From: Acidimicrobiia bacterium
GTDB lineage: Bacteria > Actinomycetota > Acidimicrobiia > Spongiisociales > ZC4RG35
Assembly (NCBI GenBank): GCA_965215185.1
Contig: OZ244034.1
Coordinates: 2,432,001 to 2,496,000 of the forward strand
Direction: 5' to 3'
DNA length: 64,000 nt
The position numbers and the translations under genes were made by a program. Below are positions 48,390 to 58,564 of this stretch, one piece after another. The notes under the pieces were generated by a model that saw only the letters and a list, made by a program, of their open reading frames with translations, was not told the origin of the DNA and made no database searches. The number at the start of each line of letters is the position of its first letter. Position 1 is the first letter of the stretch.

Positions 48390-49186
48390 GAGCTGTTTTG
48401 TCTCGAGGGTCGGCGGGGTTGCCCGATCAACTCAAAGGGCGCCTGGGCCTGCCTTCGCGCGGAGATCATCTCGCCCAGAATGGCCACGGCCACCTCGGCT
48501 GGCGAGTCCGCCCCTATTCCGATTCCGATCGGGCCTCTGATGCGGGCAATCTCCTCCTCTGAATACCCCGCCTCGGCGAGCCGCTCCCGCCGGGCTGCGG
48601 CAGTGCGTCGGCTACCCATCGCCCCTATGTACCGCACCGGCGCTCTGAGGACCAATGGCCAAAGCGGGGCCTCGAAGCGGGCATCGTGACTGAGCACCAC
48701 CACATAGCTGCGATGATCGAATGACAGGCGATCGGAGATTTCATCCGGCCAACCCACCAACAGTTGATGGGCGGATGGAAAACGTTCGGAAGTCGCAAAC
48801 GCGGGCCGGGCGTCGGAAACGGTGATATCGAAATCAAGGTGCTGCCCCAGGGCGCACAACGCCTGGGCGATGTGGACCGCCCCGAAGATGATGAGATGAG
48901 GGCGGGGCACAATCACGTCCACGAACACGTCCTGTCCGTCATAGGAAACTGCCATGGACTTCTCCCGGTTCATCAATGTACGGGCATCGGCCACCACCGA
49001 TCCGGCTATTGCGTCGGGGATCGCTCCGGCCACCACCCCCTTTTCGAAATCGATGGTCGCCGAATCGCCGGCACCCGGTCCCTCCACCACGGTGACCCGC
49101 GCCCCCAGCCGTCGCCCGGCAATCAACTGGGAGCAGGCCACCAGCACCTCTTCGGTTTTCATGGAACCAAAACTAATCAAGTCCAT
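48386..49186 (-). CDS. XdhC/CoxI family maturation factor, Rossmann C-terminal part
   Basis: IFGAVHIA, DARPAFA, SHD, YIGAMGSR, GPIGIGIGADSPAEVAVAI. Confidence 0.88.
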   Translation of the reverse strand: MDLISFGSMKTEEVLVACSQLIAGRRLGARVTVVEGPGAGDSATIDFEKGVVAGAIPDAIAGSVVADARTLMNREKSMAVSYDGQDVFVDVIVPRPHLIIFGAVHIAQALCALGQHLDFDITVSDARPAFATSERFPSAHQLLVGWPDEISDRLSFDHRSYVVVLSHDARFEAPLWPLVLRAPVRYIGAMGSRRTAAARRERLAEAGYSEEEIARIRGPIGIGIGADSPAEVAVAILGEMISARRQAQAPFELIGQPRRPSRQNSS

Positions 49187-49239
49187 TTACAAAAAATAAA
49201 TGGACGGGCTACCGGCCCAGCCCGTCGTTTGAAACTGTT

Positions 49240-49548
49240 TCACCACGGTTCGATGAATACCTGGATCGTGCCTCCGCAGGACAGCCCCACTGTGAAGGCG
49301 TCCTCGTCGCTGATCCCGTAGGTCACCAAGCGAGGACGACCCTCTGCCATGACTCTGCGGGCGTGCTCGTAGACATCGTTTTCGACGCAGCCCCCGGACA
49401 CGGACCCAGCCATGTTTCCTTCTGAAGAAACCAGGAATTTGGATCCGACCGGACGCGGGGAAGGACCGGCGGTGGCCACCACCGTGGCTACCACCACTTG
49501 CTTTCCTTCCGCCAGCCAGCGATCCCTGGTTTCCAATGCCTCTTGCAT
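49240..49548 (-). CDS. XdhC/CoxI family N-terminal domain protein
   Basis: [33 protein letters not shown]. Confidence 0.9.
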   Translation of the reverse strand: MQEALETRDRWLAEGKQVVVATVVATAGPSPRPVGSKFLVSSEGNMAGSVSGGCVENDVYEHARRVMAEGRPRLVTYGISDEDAFTVGLSCGGTIQVFIEPW

Positions 49549-50666
49549 TATCTCCTCCGCTCCGGCAATGATTCCAAGAGTGATACCAGCGTAGCAAGAT
49601 CGGATAGCCTGCCTCCTGCCAGAAAATCGTCAACATGAGGCAAGGCGGCCTTCATACCTTGAGTTTCGGGGGAAAAGCCTTGGCGAGAGGCCAAAGGATT
49701 GACCCAGATCAACCGGTGAACGGTCCGGCGCAGGCGTGCCATCTCCCTGGACAGCACCTCCGGATCTCCGCGATCCCATCCGTCGGAAATGATCAGGGCA
49801 ACCGGTCCGCCCCTGGTGACCCGCCTGCTCCACTCATAATTGAAGGTCCGCAGACACTCTCCTATCCTGGTTCCCCCCGACCAATCTTCCACCGACTGGG
49901 AGACCTGAGCAAGAGCCTCGGTGGGGTTGCGACGCAACAACTGGCGAGTGATCCGGGTCAGGCGGGTGGAGAACACGAAGGTCTCCATCTTCCCCAAGCG
50001 AGCGCGCGCCGCGTGCGCGAAATACAGCAGCATCTCCGTGTAGCGCTCCATGGAACCTGACACGTCGGCGATGAACAGAATCGGGCGAGGCCGGGTCCGG
50101 CGCTCGCTTCGCTCCAATTTGATCAGGTCCCCCTCCGGCCCCACGCACTTGCGCAGGGTACGCCGCAGGTCGGGACGGTCTCCCTTCGGAGAAGGACGCC
50201 GCCGCCGACTCCTAACCGGAGCCGGGCGCCAGACCATCTGCGTCAAGAGAATGCGCACCTTGGCCTGCTCGTCCTTGCTCAACTCTGAAAAATCCTTCTG
50301 GGACAGCCGCTCCGCCCAAGACGCGCCGGTGAAGGTCTCCATCTCGGGTCCGGCCGCCTCCCCGTCCCCCTCTGCTCCTCTTTGAATCCCCTTAATTGTC
50401 CACAAACGGGGCTTGGGCGGTGACGCCATGGCAATTCCGCTCGTTAGGTTGCGGCCGAAGAACCTCACAAACACCCGGTCGAAGGTAGTTAACTGCCACG
50501 GCGAGGTCACCGTCAGGCAACGAAACGCGGCGTACACGTCGGCGGCGGAGGCCAGTCCCACCTTATCCACAGCCGCCATCAGATCGGCGGCGGTGGTCGT
50601 TCCCACAGACAGCCCCTCGGAACGCAACTCCCGCGTGAATTCCACTAAGGTCTGAACGCCGGCCAT
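49548..50666 (-). CDS. coxE: CoxE-like VWA domain protein
   Basis: [40 protein letters not shown]. Confidence 0.9.
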   Translation of the reverse strand: MAGVQTLVEFTRELRSEGLSVGTTTAADLMAAVDKVGLASAADVYAAFRCLTVTSPWQLTTFDRVFVRFFGRNLTSGIAMASPPKPRLWTIKGIQRGAEGDGEAAGPEMETFTGASWAERLSQKDFSELSKDEQAKVRILLTQMVWRPAPVRSRRRRPSPKGDRPDLRRTLRKCVGPEGDLIKLERSERRTRPRPILFIADVSGSMERYTEMLLYFAHAARARLGKMETFVFSTRLTRITRQLLRRNPTEALAQVSQSVEDWSGGTRIGECLRTFNYEWSRRVTRGGPVALIISDGWDRGDPEVLSREMARLRRTVHRLIWVNPLASRQGFSPETQGMKAALPHVDDFLAGGRLSDLATLVSLLESLPERRR

Positions 50667-50673
50667 GGTCGAT

Positions 50674-51564
50674 TCAACCGCCTGCTTTTGCCAGACTATC
50701 CACTCCCCGGTGGGTAACGGCCTCTACGTCTTCGCGGTATTTGAGAACCACCCCCAGCGTGTCCTGCACCGCCTGGGGAGTCAATTCGTTGGCGCCCAGC
50801 ACTCCCAGCGCCCGCGCCCAGTCCAATGTCTCGGCCACCCCGGGGGGCTTGAAGAGCTCCAAGGACCGCAGGTCGGACATCGCCTCTGCCAGTTGGCGCG
50901 CCAGTCGCAGGTCGATATCGGGCACCTTCGCCCTCACGATCGCCACCTCCCGATCCAGGTCGGGAAAGTCCAACCAGTGATACACACACCTTCTCTTCAA
51001 GGCGTCGTGAATCTCCCGTGTACGGTTGGAGGTGATCACCACCACCGGAGGCACCGCGGCCCGCACCACCCCTATCTCGGGGATGGTTATCTGAAAATCG
51101 GATAGTACCTCCAACAAGAACGCCTCGAACTCTTCATCAGCCCGATCCAGTTCGTCGATCAACAGCACGGGGGGCTTTCCTTCCGATGACGAGAATTCCA
51201 CCGCTTGGAGAAGCGGACGCGCCAGCAGGTACTCGCGGTTCATGATGTTCCCCATCGACACCTGGTTTCCGTCACGACCCGCCTCGATGAGGCGGATAGC
51301 CAACATCTGCCGGGCGTAGTCCCACTCATACAGGGCATGATTGGCGTCCAGTCCTTCATAGCACTGCAATCTGATGAGTTCCGTGTCCAACACCTGGGCC
51401 AACACTTTGGCTACCTCAGTCTTGCCCACTCCCGCCTCCCCCTCCAAGAACAGGGGACGACCGAGGCTATGAGCCAGATGGATAGCCACCGCCAGGGAAC
51501 GGTCGGCCAGATATCGGCGCTCGGCAAAGGCGGCAGTTACTGCATCGACCGAATTGGGTGTCAC
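50674..51564 (-). CDS. coxD: CoxD-like MoxR family AAA+ ATPase
   Basis: EGEAGVGKTE, QCYEG, LIDELDRADEEFEA, TSNRTREIHDALKRRC. Confidence 0.92.
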   Translation of the reverse strand: MTPNSVDAVTAAFAERRYLADRSLAVAIHLAHSLGRPLFLEGEAGVGKTEVAKVLAQVLDTELIRLQCYEGLDANHALYEWDYARQMLAIRLIEAGRDGNQVSMGNIMNREYLLARPLLQAVEFSSSEGKPPVLLIDELDRADEEFEAFLLEVLSDFQITIPEIGVVRAAVPPVVVITSNRTREIHDALKRRCVYHWLDFPDLDREVAIVRAKVPDIDLRLARQLAEAMSDLRSLELFKPPGVAETLDWARALGVLGANELTPQAVQDTLGVVLKYREDVEAVTHRGVDSLAKAGG

Positions 51565-51581
51565 CCTTGTAAACCTTACTT

Positions 51582-51624
51582 AAAAAAAGTGGGGTCCGAG
51601 CCGCTTGGCCCGGACCCCCACTTT
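51582..51624 (-). terminator. Intrinsic terminator downstream of the aapJ-like gene
   Basis: 14-bp stem AAAAGTGGGGTCCG / CGGACCCCACTTTT with a U7 tract on the minus strand. Confidence 0.88.
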
Positions 51625-51643
51625 TCAGTAGTTGTCGGTTGAT

Positions 51644-52717
51644 TTAGCGAGCGGGTGGAGGATACAGGAGGCCTCCGTCGCCGTACAGAGCGTTCAGCCC
51701 GCGCTCCAAGCCCAATGGCGTCAGGTGCCGGTCGTAAACCTCGGCATAGTTGCCGACCTGCTTGATCACCTGATAGAAGGCGTCGACAGGCAGGCCCATC
51801 TTGGTCTGAAGCTCGTCCTCGGTGGCGCCAAAGAGTCGACTGGCCTCTCCATCCACATTCATCATGTCATCAATGTTGGAAGAGTTAATGCCCTTCTCCT
51901 CGGCGATCAACTGGGCGAAAACGGTCCAGGCAACCACATCGCCGAAGCGGGACTGGTTCTGGATCCAGCTTGGACCGAGGGGCTCCTTGGAGATGGGAAC
52001 CGATGGGAAGATCACCCAGTCCTCACCTGCGTCGCCCTCGGTGGCCTTGCGGGAGACCAATGTCGACCCGTCGCTGGTCACCACGTCACAGGCGCCGGAC
52101 TTGAAGCCCTCGACCACCACATTGAAATCCTCAAAGGTGCTCAACGAGATGTTGACTCCCGCCGCAGCGGCAGCCTCGGTCATGTTCTTCTCGGTGGTGG
52201 TGCCGGCGATGGCGCACACCGTAGCGCCCTCGATCTCATCCAAAGAAGACATCGAATTGAACCCGGCGGCTCCCTTGGCCATCAACTGCTGGCCGTCGTA
52301 GTAGGTGGTGGGTCCAAAGTCGAGACCCAAGTCGGTGTCTCGACTCTGCGTCCAAGTGGTATTTCGGACCAGAAGGTCAACCAACCCCGAGGTGAGCGCC
52401 TCAAAGCGGGCGGCGGCGGTTAGAGCTTCGAAGCGCACCGCTTGGGCATCTCCGACGATGGCAGCAGCCACAGCTCGGCACAGATCCACGTCAAAGCCTA
52501 TGAACGTGCCCGAGGAGTCCTTGTAGCCAAATCCGGGGATCGTCTCGTTTACTCCGCAGTTCAACTCACCGCGGGCGATCACCGTATCAAGAACATCCGT
52601 TTCAGCAGGGGCCTGGGTGGTGGTGGGGGCAGCCGTAGTCGTAGTCTCTTCGGCGTCTCCGCCGCAGGCAGCCACGATCAGGGCCAAAGCCACCAGGGCA
52701 ATTATTGTTTTTCTCAT
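51644..52717 (-). CDS. Amino acid ABC transporter substrate-binding lipoprotein (AapJ/BztA-like)
   Basis: Lipobox VAAC, LNCGV, GFDVDLCRAVAAA, RNTTWT..RD, SKEPLGP, VGNYAE, GGLLYPPP. Confidence 0.92.
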   Translation of the reverse strand: MRKTIIALVALALIVAACGGDAEETTTTAAPTTTQAPAETDVLDTVIARGELNCGVNETIPGFGYKDSSGTFIGFDVDLCRAVAAAIVGDAQAVRFEALTAAARFEALTSGLVDLLVRNTTWTQSRDTDLGLDFGPTTYYDGQQLMAKGAAGFNSMSSLDEIEGATVCAIAGTTTEKNMTEAAAAAGVNISLSTFEDFNVVVEGFKSGACDVVTSDGSTLVSRKATEGDAGEDWVIFPSVPISKEPLGPSWIQNQSRFGDVVAWTVFAQLIAEEKGINSSNIDDMMNVDGEASRLFGATEDELQTKMGLPVDAFYQVIKQVGNYAEVYDRHLTPLGLERGLNALYGDGGLLYPPPAR

Positions 52718-52904
52718 TCCTCCTCCTTTGTAGCCATCTTAAAGCAAGCGCTCCAGATCACTGGTAAGGGTTCCTTCATACGACGAAAATTTTTCGTTTT
52801 ACAAACAGTCTAACTACAAAGCCTCCTGCGTTTGTTCACCACAGCGAACCTACATCTGCGGCCGAGTACCCATAAAGTCTTGGCGAAACTGGTTTGCTAA
52901 TATT

Positions 52905-54281
52905 TTACCGGGCGGTTTTTGCCGGGCGGTTGTTGGGCCCTCCACTGCTGGATCCGAACCTGAATAGGAAGTACCCCAGCAAGCCGGCCAACGCTGACCC
53001 CGCCAAAATGCCAAGCTTGGCTTGATCTACCAAGGCTGGGTCAACGAATGCCAGGCTGGACACAAAGATTGCCACGGTAAAGCCGATCCCAGCCACCGCG
53101 GCCAACGCCACAACATCCCGCCCTCCCATTCCCTCGGGCAGCAATCCCCATCCCAGTTTCACCACCAGCCAGGTGCAGAGGCTGATTCCCACAACTTTTC
53201 CCACCAACAAACCCAATGCCGTCCCCATTGCCACCGGCTTGAACAACTGACCGACGTCTCCTTCCAAGCGAACGCCCGCATTGGCCAGAGCAAAGATAGG
53301 AAGAACCAGGAAAGAACTCCAGGCAAGAAGTCGATGCTCATTCCTGGCCAGTGGCGCCACCGACTCCCGAGCCACCTCGGCAAGGGTGAGTATTTGATGA
53401 TCGGCTTCTTCCCGCTGGTGATAAGTGACGATGTGGCGGGGGAACGAGTTGAGGAGCGTTCCTGCCTTGTCGTAGAGTTGCTCCGCCGAATACATTGGCC
53501 GAGACGGAGTAATGAAGGCCAAGGCCACTCCCACCAAGGTCGGATGCACCCCCGATTCATGGACGCAAAACCAGGCCACCAAAGCCATGGGAACATAGAA
53601 TGTGCGCGCCCGGATTCCAACCCGGCCCGCCACCCCCACTACCACCAGAGTAAGGATTCCCCAAGTCAACCAATTCCACTGCAGGCTCCCCGAATAAAAG
53701 AACGCGATAATAACAATCGCTCCCACATCGTCGGCGATGGCCAGCGCCAGCAGGAATAGTTTGGCGCCCGGAGCGACGCGGCTCCCCAAAAGGGAGAGCA
53801 CACCCAGGGAGAAGGCGATGTCGGTGGCCGTGGGGACCGCCCAGCCGTTGATAGCCTCGCCGCCCTCTCCCATCACTATCACCACGTAGACCAGGGCCGG
53901 CGCCAGCATCCCTCCAACCGCCGCCGCCACAGGAAGGCCCGCGGCGCGCGGATCCCTAAGTCTACCCAGCACCAGCTCGCGCTTTATCTCCAAACCCACC
54001 ACGAAGAAGAAGAGGGCCATCAGCGCATCGTTGACTAAGACTTGCAGCGACCCCGAAACATGCACGGGACCCACCGACACCTCCACATGGGTACCCCAGA
54101 GAGCGAAATAGCCTCCCGACCACCGCGAGTTGGCCCACACCATCGCCGCCGCCGCCATTAAAAGCAACACCGCCCCGGTGGAGGCTTCGATGTTCATGAA
54201 TTTCTGGATGGGGCGAACGAAGCGGCGGGGAACGAAGCGGTTGGAATCGATCCAGGTTTCGTGAAGAGGTTCTCTGAGCAT
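52905..54281 (-). CDS. nhaA: Na+/H+ antiporter
   Basis: VNDALMALFFFVVGLEIKRE, GWAVPTATDIAF, LAIADD, GIGFTVAIF. Confidence 0.95.
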   Translation of the reverse strand: MLREPLHETWIDSNRFVPRRFVRPIQKFMNIEASTGAVLLLMAAAAMVWANSRWSGGYFALWGTHVEVSVGPVHVSGSLQVLVNDALMALFFFVVGLEIKRELVLGRLRDPRAAGLPVAAAVGGMLAPALVYVVIVMGEGGEAINGWAVPTATDIAFSLGVLSLLGSRVAPGAKLFLLALAIADDVGAIVIIAFFYSGSLQWNWLTWGILTLVVVGVAGRVGIRARTFYVPMALVAWFCVHESGVHPTLVGVALAFITPSRPMYSAEQLYDKAGTLLNSFPRHIVTYHQREEADHQILTLAEVARESVAPLARNEHRLLAWSSFLVLPIFALANAGVRLEGDVGQLFKPVAMGTALGLLVGKVVGISLCTWLVVKLGWGLLPEGMGGRDVVALAAVAGIGFTVAIFVSSLAFVDPALVDQAKLGILAGSALAGLLGYFLFRFGSSSGGPNNRPAKTAR

Positions 54282-54290
54282 GAAGACCTT

Positions 54291-55316
54291 TCAACTCTGA
54301 ATGGAGCGCCCCGCAGACCCCAACTCCGCACAGGCCCTCACAACCCGATCCGACATGGCTTGTTGCGCTTTGGCCATGTAAGAGCGGGGATCGTACACCT
54401 TTTTATTGCCCACCTCCCCATCCACTTTCAAAACTCCAAAATAGTTGGTGAACATGTGGTCGGCTACCGACCGCGTCAGCGCGTACTGCGTGTCGGTATC
54501 TATGTTCATCTTCACCACCCCATAGCCCACTGTCTCCCGTATCGCTTCAAGAGTCGATCCGCTTCCTCCGTGGAAGACCAGGTAATGGCGATACCCAAAA
54601 CGCTCTTCGGTGGCCCTCTGCCCGTCTCGCAAAATGGTGGGCCGAAGCTGCACCTTACCGGGCTTGTACACCCCGTGTACATTCCCGAAGACCGCCGCCA
54701 GGAGATAGTGGCCCCGCTCCCCAACCCCCAGCCGCTCGGTCACCGCCATCATGTCCTCGGATGTGGTGTAGAGCTTGGCGCTCTCCACCCCGGAATGGTC
54801 CATGGTGTCCTCCACTCCCCCCACAATTCCGATCTCCAACTCCAACAGCACTTCCTGCGAAGCGCACTCGTCCAAGAGTTGGGAGGCCAGAGCCAGATTC
54901 TCCTCCAACGGCAACGCAGAGGCATCCAGCATGTGGCTTTGGTAGAGAGGTCCCATGCCCTTTGCCCGCCGCCGGGCAGTTTCGGCCAAGAGCGGCCGGA
55001 TCAGGTCGTCCACCCGGTTGGGTGGGCAGTGATCGGTGTGCAGAGCGATCAGCATCGGGTACCGGGCCGCCACAACATGGGCGAATTCCGCCAGCGCCTG
55101 CGCCCCCAGCGCCATGTCGTTCACTTTGCCCCCGGAGAGGAACGAGCCCCCGCCGGTGGACACCTGGATAATCCCATCCGAGCCCGCCTCCGCGAACCCC
55201 GCCAACGCGGCGTTGAGCGTGTCGCTGGATGTGACGTTAATAGCGGGAAAGGCATATCCTCCCGACCGGGCCGCATCCAGCATTTCAAGATACTGGGCAG
55301 GTCTAGCGATCGGCAT
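54291..55316 (-). CDS. fbaA: Class II fructose-bisphosphate aldolase
   Basis: PAINVTS, LHTDHC, SHMLD, FGNVHGVYKPG, VFHGGSG, KMNIDTD, YDPR. Confidence 0.96.
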   Translation of the reverse strand: MPIARPAQYLEMLDAARSGGYAFPAINVTSSDTLNAALAGFAEAGSDGIIQVSTGGGSFLSGGKVNDMALGAQALAEFAHVVAARYPMLIALHTDHCPPNRVDDLIRPLLAETARRRAKGMGPLYQSHMLDASALPLEENLALASQLLDECASQEVLLELEIGIVGGVEDTMDHSGVESAKLYTTSEDMMAVTERLGVGERGHYLLAAVFGNVHGVYKPGKVQLRPTILRDGQRATEERFGYRHYLVFHGGSGSTLEAIRETVGYGVVKMNIDTDTQYALTRSVADHMFTNYFGVLKVDGEVGNKKVYDPRSYMAKAQQAMSDRVVRACAELGSAGRSIQS

Positions 55317-55375
55317 TAACCACCTCCGGCGATAGCTGGTAAGACCTCAAAATACCACTCCCGGCTAGCTTTTCC

Positions 55376-55951
55376 TCATCGGCTATCGTTTTCGTCCAAA
55401 AAATTGGACAAGAGTCGTTTTCCCTCCGAAGTGAGAATGCTTTCGGGGTGGAACTGCACACCCGTCACCGGCAGGGAACGGTGGCGCACCCCCTGGATGA
55501 CCCCCTCTTCGCTCCAAGCACAGGCTTCCAGGACGGGCGGCAACACGGTGATGGCCAACGAGTGATAACGGGTGGCCACAAAGGGGTTATCGCAACCGCG
55601 GAAGATCCCCTTGTGATCATGGCGTATCGGGGAAGTCTTACCGTGGCGAGGCTCGGGCGCAGCCCCAACCTTTCCGCCGTATGCCACCGCTACGGCCTGA
55701 TGCCCGAGGCAGACTCCCAAAGTGGGTATCCGGGGCCCGAAAGTCCTCACGTAGTCGATCGAATAGCCGGCGTTTTCCGGACGCCCCGGTCCGGGGGAGA
55801 TCACCAGTCGATCCACCCCCCAGCCCAATGCCTCTTTCGCCGGAGTCACGTCACTCCTCACCACCAGCGGCTCGGCGCCCAACTCCCCGCAGTATTGGGC
55901 CAGGTTGAAGGTGAACGAGTCGTAATTGTCCAATATCAAAACCCGCATCAC
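55376..55951 (-). CDS. Anthranilate/aminodeoxychorismate synthase glutamine amidotransferase (TrpG/PabA)
   Basis: DNYDSFT, SPGPG, GVCLGHQ, RYHSL, QFHPES; start between 55948 and 55954. Confidence 0.93.
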   Translation of the reverse strand: MMRVLILDNYDSFTFNLAQYCGELGAEPLVVRSDVTPAKEALGWGVDRLVISPGPGRPENAGYSIDYVRTFGPRIPTLGVCLGHQAVAVAYGGKVGAAPEPRHGKTSPIRHDHKGIFRGCDNPFVATRYHSLAITVLPPVLEACAWSEEGVIQGVRHRSLPVTGVQFHPESILTSEGKRLLSNFLDENDSR

Positions 55952-56078
55952 CACGCCAGATTACCAAGCCTTCAAATCTGCCCCTCTCCCAGATTGTCCC
56001 AGCCCACCCCAATTCCACAAATACCGCCCCCGACCGACATTGTCCCGATGATCGTCCGCTACTCTCTAGGATGGAATT

Positions 56079-56315
56079 ATGCCAGTCTCCAAGAAACGGA
56101 AGGGCTCCCGGCCCAGCCAGCCCACTCCTGCCCGCAATCCTGTCAAGTCCGCTACTCCGTCCCCCCGCTGGTATGTGATCACCATGGCCGGCCTGATGGG
56201 AGTGGGTTTGATTCTGGTTCTTCTGCGTTTTGTGCTGAGTCTCGATCAACTGTGGCTGGTGGGTGGGCTGTCCCTGATCGCCGTCGGCTTCCTGATGACC
56301 ACCGCCTACCGCTAG
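56079..56315 (+). CDS. crgA: Cell division protein CrgA
   Basis: MPVSKKRK, SPRWY, two TM helices, GFLMTT.YR; divergent from trpG/pabA, as is common in actinobacteria. Confidence 0.85.
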   Translation: MPVSKKRKGSRPSQPTPARNPVKSATPSPRWYVITMAGLMGVGLILVLLRFVLSLDQLWLVGGLSLIAVGFLMTTAYR

Positions 56316-56572
56316 CTCGACCCTCCCGGTCGCCAAACCGGAACCATATCCTCCCGACAATGACGGGGAGCGGACGTCTCTGACAAGCTGGCCATTCTTA
56401 CGGTGAGTTCCGTCCCGCACAAGGTGCACCGGTAGTCTTGCACAGCCTCCACTACCAAATCGGGATCGGGCTGGTCCGGGGCGGCCGCCAGGGCGCGGAG
56501 AAACCAAATGCACAATCGCCACACCGCCACCCCGATCAACAGGGCGACGATCAGATTGAAAAGGCTGATCAA
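56312..56572 (-). CDS. Small membrane-anchored Zn-ribbon hypothetical protein
   Basis: N-terminal TM, YRCTLCG...PRHCREDM. Confidence 0.7.
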   Translation of the reverse strand: MISLFNLIVALLIGVAVWRLCIWFLRALAAAPDQPDPDLVVEAVQDYRCTLCGTELTVRMASLSETSAPRHCREDMVPVWRPGGSS

Positions 56573-56596
56573 CGCTTAGGCGACCGCCGGCCGCTT

Positions 56597-57772
56597 TTAG
56601 AGTTTCTCGATGATGGTGGCGTTGGCCATCCCCCCACCCTCACACATGGCCTGCAATCCGTAGCGGGTACCGGTTCTCACCATCTCGTGTACCAGAGTGG
56701 TCAAAAGCCTTGCCCCCGAGGCGCCCAGCGGGTGCCCAAGGGCGATGGCGCCACCGTTGACATTGGAGCGCTCCCAAAGACCCTCCACGTCACTACCCCC
56801 GTATTCGGCTCGCCAAGCGGCCACCACCGAGGAAAATGCCTCGTTGATTTCGAACAGTCCGATGTCGTCAATGGTCAGACCGGCCCTCTCCAGAGCTTTA
56901 GCCGTAGCCGGAATCGGCCCGGTGAGCATCATCACCGGATCAACTCCCGCCAGGGCAAACGAGACGAACCGCGCCATGGGCGCCAGGTTGAGTTGCGAGG
57001 CCCGCTCTTCGCTCATGATCAGCACCGCGGCCGCGCCATCGGATATCTGAGAAGAGTTCCCGGCGGTGATCTTCCCATCCGCCTTGAAGGCGGGAGGAAG
57101 GCCAGCCAAGGCTTCCAGGCTGGTGGTCCGGCGAATGCCCTCATCGACGGTCATCACCTCTTGGGCGCCTCCCACCGTCACAGTCACCGGTTGGATCTGT
57201 GATTGGAAACGGCCTTCGTCGGTTGCCCGCATTGCCCTCTGGTGAGAGAGAAGCGAAACCTGATCGAGTTCCCCGCGGCTCAGTCCCCACTTGTCGGCGA
57301 TCATCTCTGCCGAAATCCCCTGCGGAACCAAACCGTTGGCATAGCGCTCCATCACTTTGGGGCCAAACGGAAGCCCGGGACCCAATTCAGCGGTGATCCC
57401 CATCGGAACCCGGGTCATCGACTCCACCCCGGCGGCGATCACCACGTCGTACGCCCCGGCCATAACACCCTGGGCGGCGAAGTGGGCAGCTTGCTGAGAT
57501 GATCCGCACTGGCGGTCGATCGTGACTCCCACCACCTCCTCGGGGAATCCCGCCGCCAACGCCGCGTTGCGCGCCACGTTCAGGCTCTGTTCGCCAGTTT
57601 GCATGACGCAGCCGCATATCACGTCCTCCACCAGACCCGGATCCACATCGTTGCGTTCCATGAGAGCAGCCAAAGGAATAGCCGCCAAGTCCACAGAGTG
57701 GATTCCGGACAGTTTCCCCTTGCGTCTACCTGCCGGAGTGCGCACCGCATCTACGATTACAGCCGACTTCAT
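56597..57772 (-). CDS. Thiolase (acetyl-CoA C-acyltransferase)
   Basis: DRQCGSSQ, GVESM, TAGNSSQISDGA, NEAF, GHPLGASG, MCEGGG. Confidence 0.95.
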   Translation of the reverse strand: MKSAVIVDAVRTPAGRRKGKLSGIHSVDLAAIPLAALMERNDVDPGLVEDVICGCVMQTGEQSLNVARNAALAAGFPEEVVGVTIDRQCGSSQQAAHFAAQGVMAGAYDVVIAAGVESMTRVPMGITAELGPGLPFGPKVMERYANGLVPQGISAEMIADKWGLSRGELDQVSLLSHQRAMRATDEGRFQSQIQPVTVTVGGAQEVMTVDEGIRRTTSLEALAGLPPAFKADGKITAGNSSQISDGAAAVLIMSEERASQLNLAPMARFVSFALAGVDPVMMLTGPIPATAKALERAGLTIDDIGLFEINEAFSSVVAAWRAEYGGSDVEGLWERSNVNGGAIALGHPLGASGARLLTTLVHEMVRTGTRYGLQAMCEGGGMANATIIEKL

Positions 57773-58209
57773 CTTCCTGCTCCTCTCGGGTGTGTTTTGT
57801 TCACTACATCGGGCGTGGAGACGACGTTCGCGCCGATTGGATTTCCATCGTGTTCATACGTCTCCCGGGCATGTGTTTGTCCAGGTCGTGGCCTATTTGT
57901 GGTTGTCTGGTCGTCTCAGGACGTTCAGCAGCCGCCACAACAAGCGCACTACTTTGATTCGTTTATGGAGTATAAGCCACCCTGGTCGCTTTGGCGACGG
58001 CCGAGGAGGCCATGGTCGAGCCTGATAGTCCATCCCGGCCGCAATCGAGGGGCGGCTTTCCAAAGCCTGGGCGCAGAGGACCCGGATTAAGCCCCAAAGG
58101 AGACCGCACTATGCTCGATTTGCCCCTCAGACCCCGTGGGGCATTCCAAGTGTTCGCCCACCAACGTCATTGGCCGAGGGTGGGCAAGGTAGAAAGGGAA
58201 AGGTTTCAC

Positions 58210-58564
58210 ATGAGACTTAGATGACGGTGGATGGCGACGGTGGCGCTTGTGTCGGTTGTGTCGGCAGCCTGCGGAACTGATTCGGATAGCCCAGCGACCA
58301 GCCAGGACAGTGCCGGTGAGGTGGCTTCTTCGGACGCGTCGACGGGAAAGGTCTCGGCGAACAACGCCAGCGAAGAAGATCTGCTGGCAGCGTTCGAGGA
58401 GGCGGGAATCCCGAACGCTGAGCAATTGGTCCCACGAGGTCGAGGAGTACCGCCCGTACCCCGTCGACGATCCCAGCTTCCAGAAGCTGCGGGCCGAGCT
58501 CCACAAGTACAACCCCGGGCCCGGCGTCGTAGATGCCGTAGTGGCGCTGTTGGAGCTGTCCTGA
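58210..58564 (+). pseudogene. Small lipoprotein with an in-frame TGA (58222) and a +1 frameshift (58426-58427)
   Basis: MRLR*RWMATVALVSVVSAAC lipobox...VSANNASEEDLLAAFEEAGIPNAEQ continuing as WSHEVEEYRPYPVDDPSFQKLRAELHKYNPGPGVVDAVVALLELS in the +1 frame. Confidence 0.65.

Noticed and set aside
58222-58224. In-frame TGA as selenocysteine, given selAB
   Set aside because: It lies in a basic signal peptide n-region (probably CGA>TGA), is not in a redox motif, and the gene also has a frameshift.
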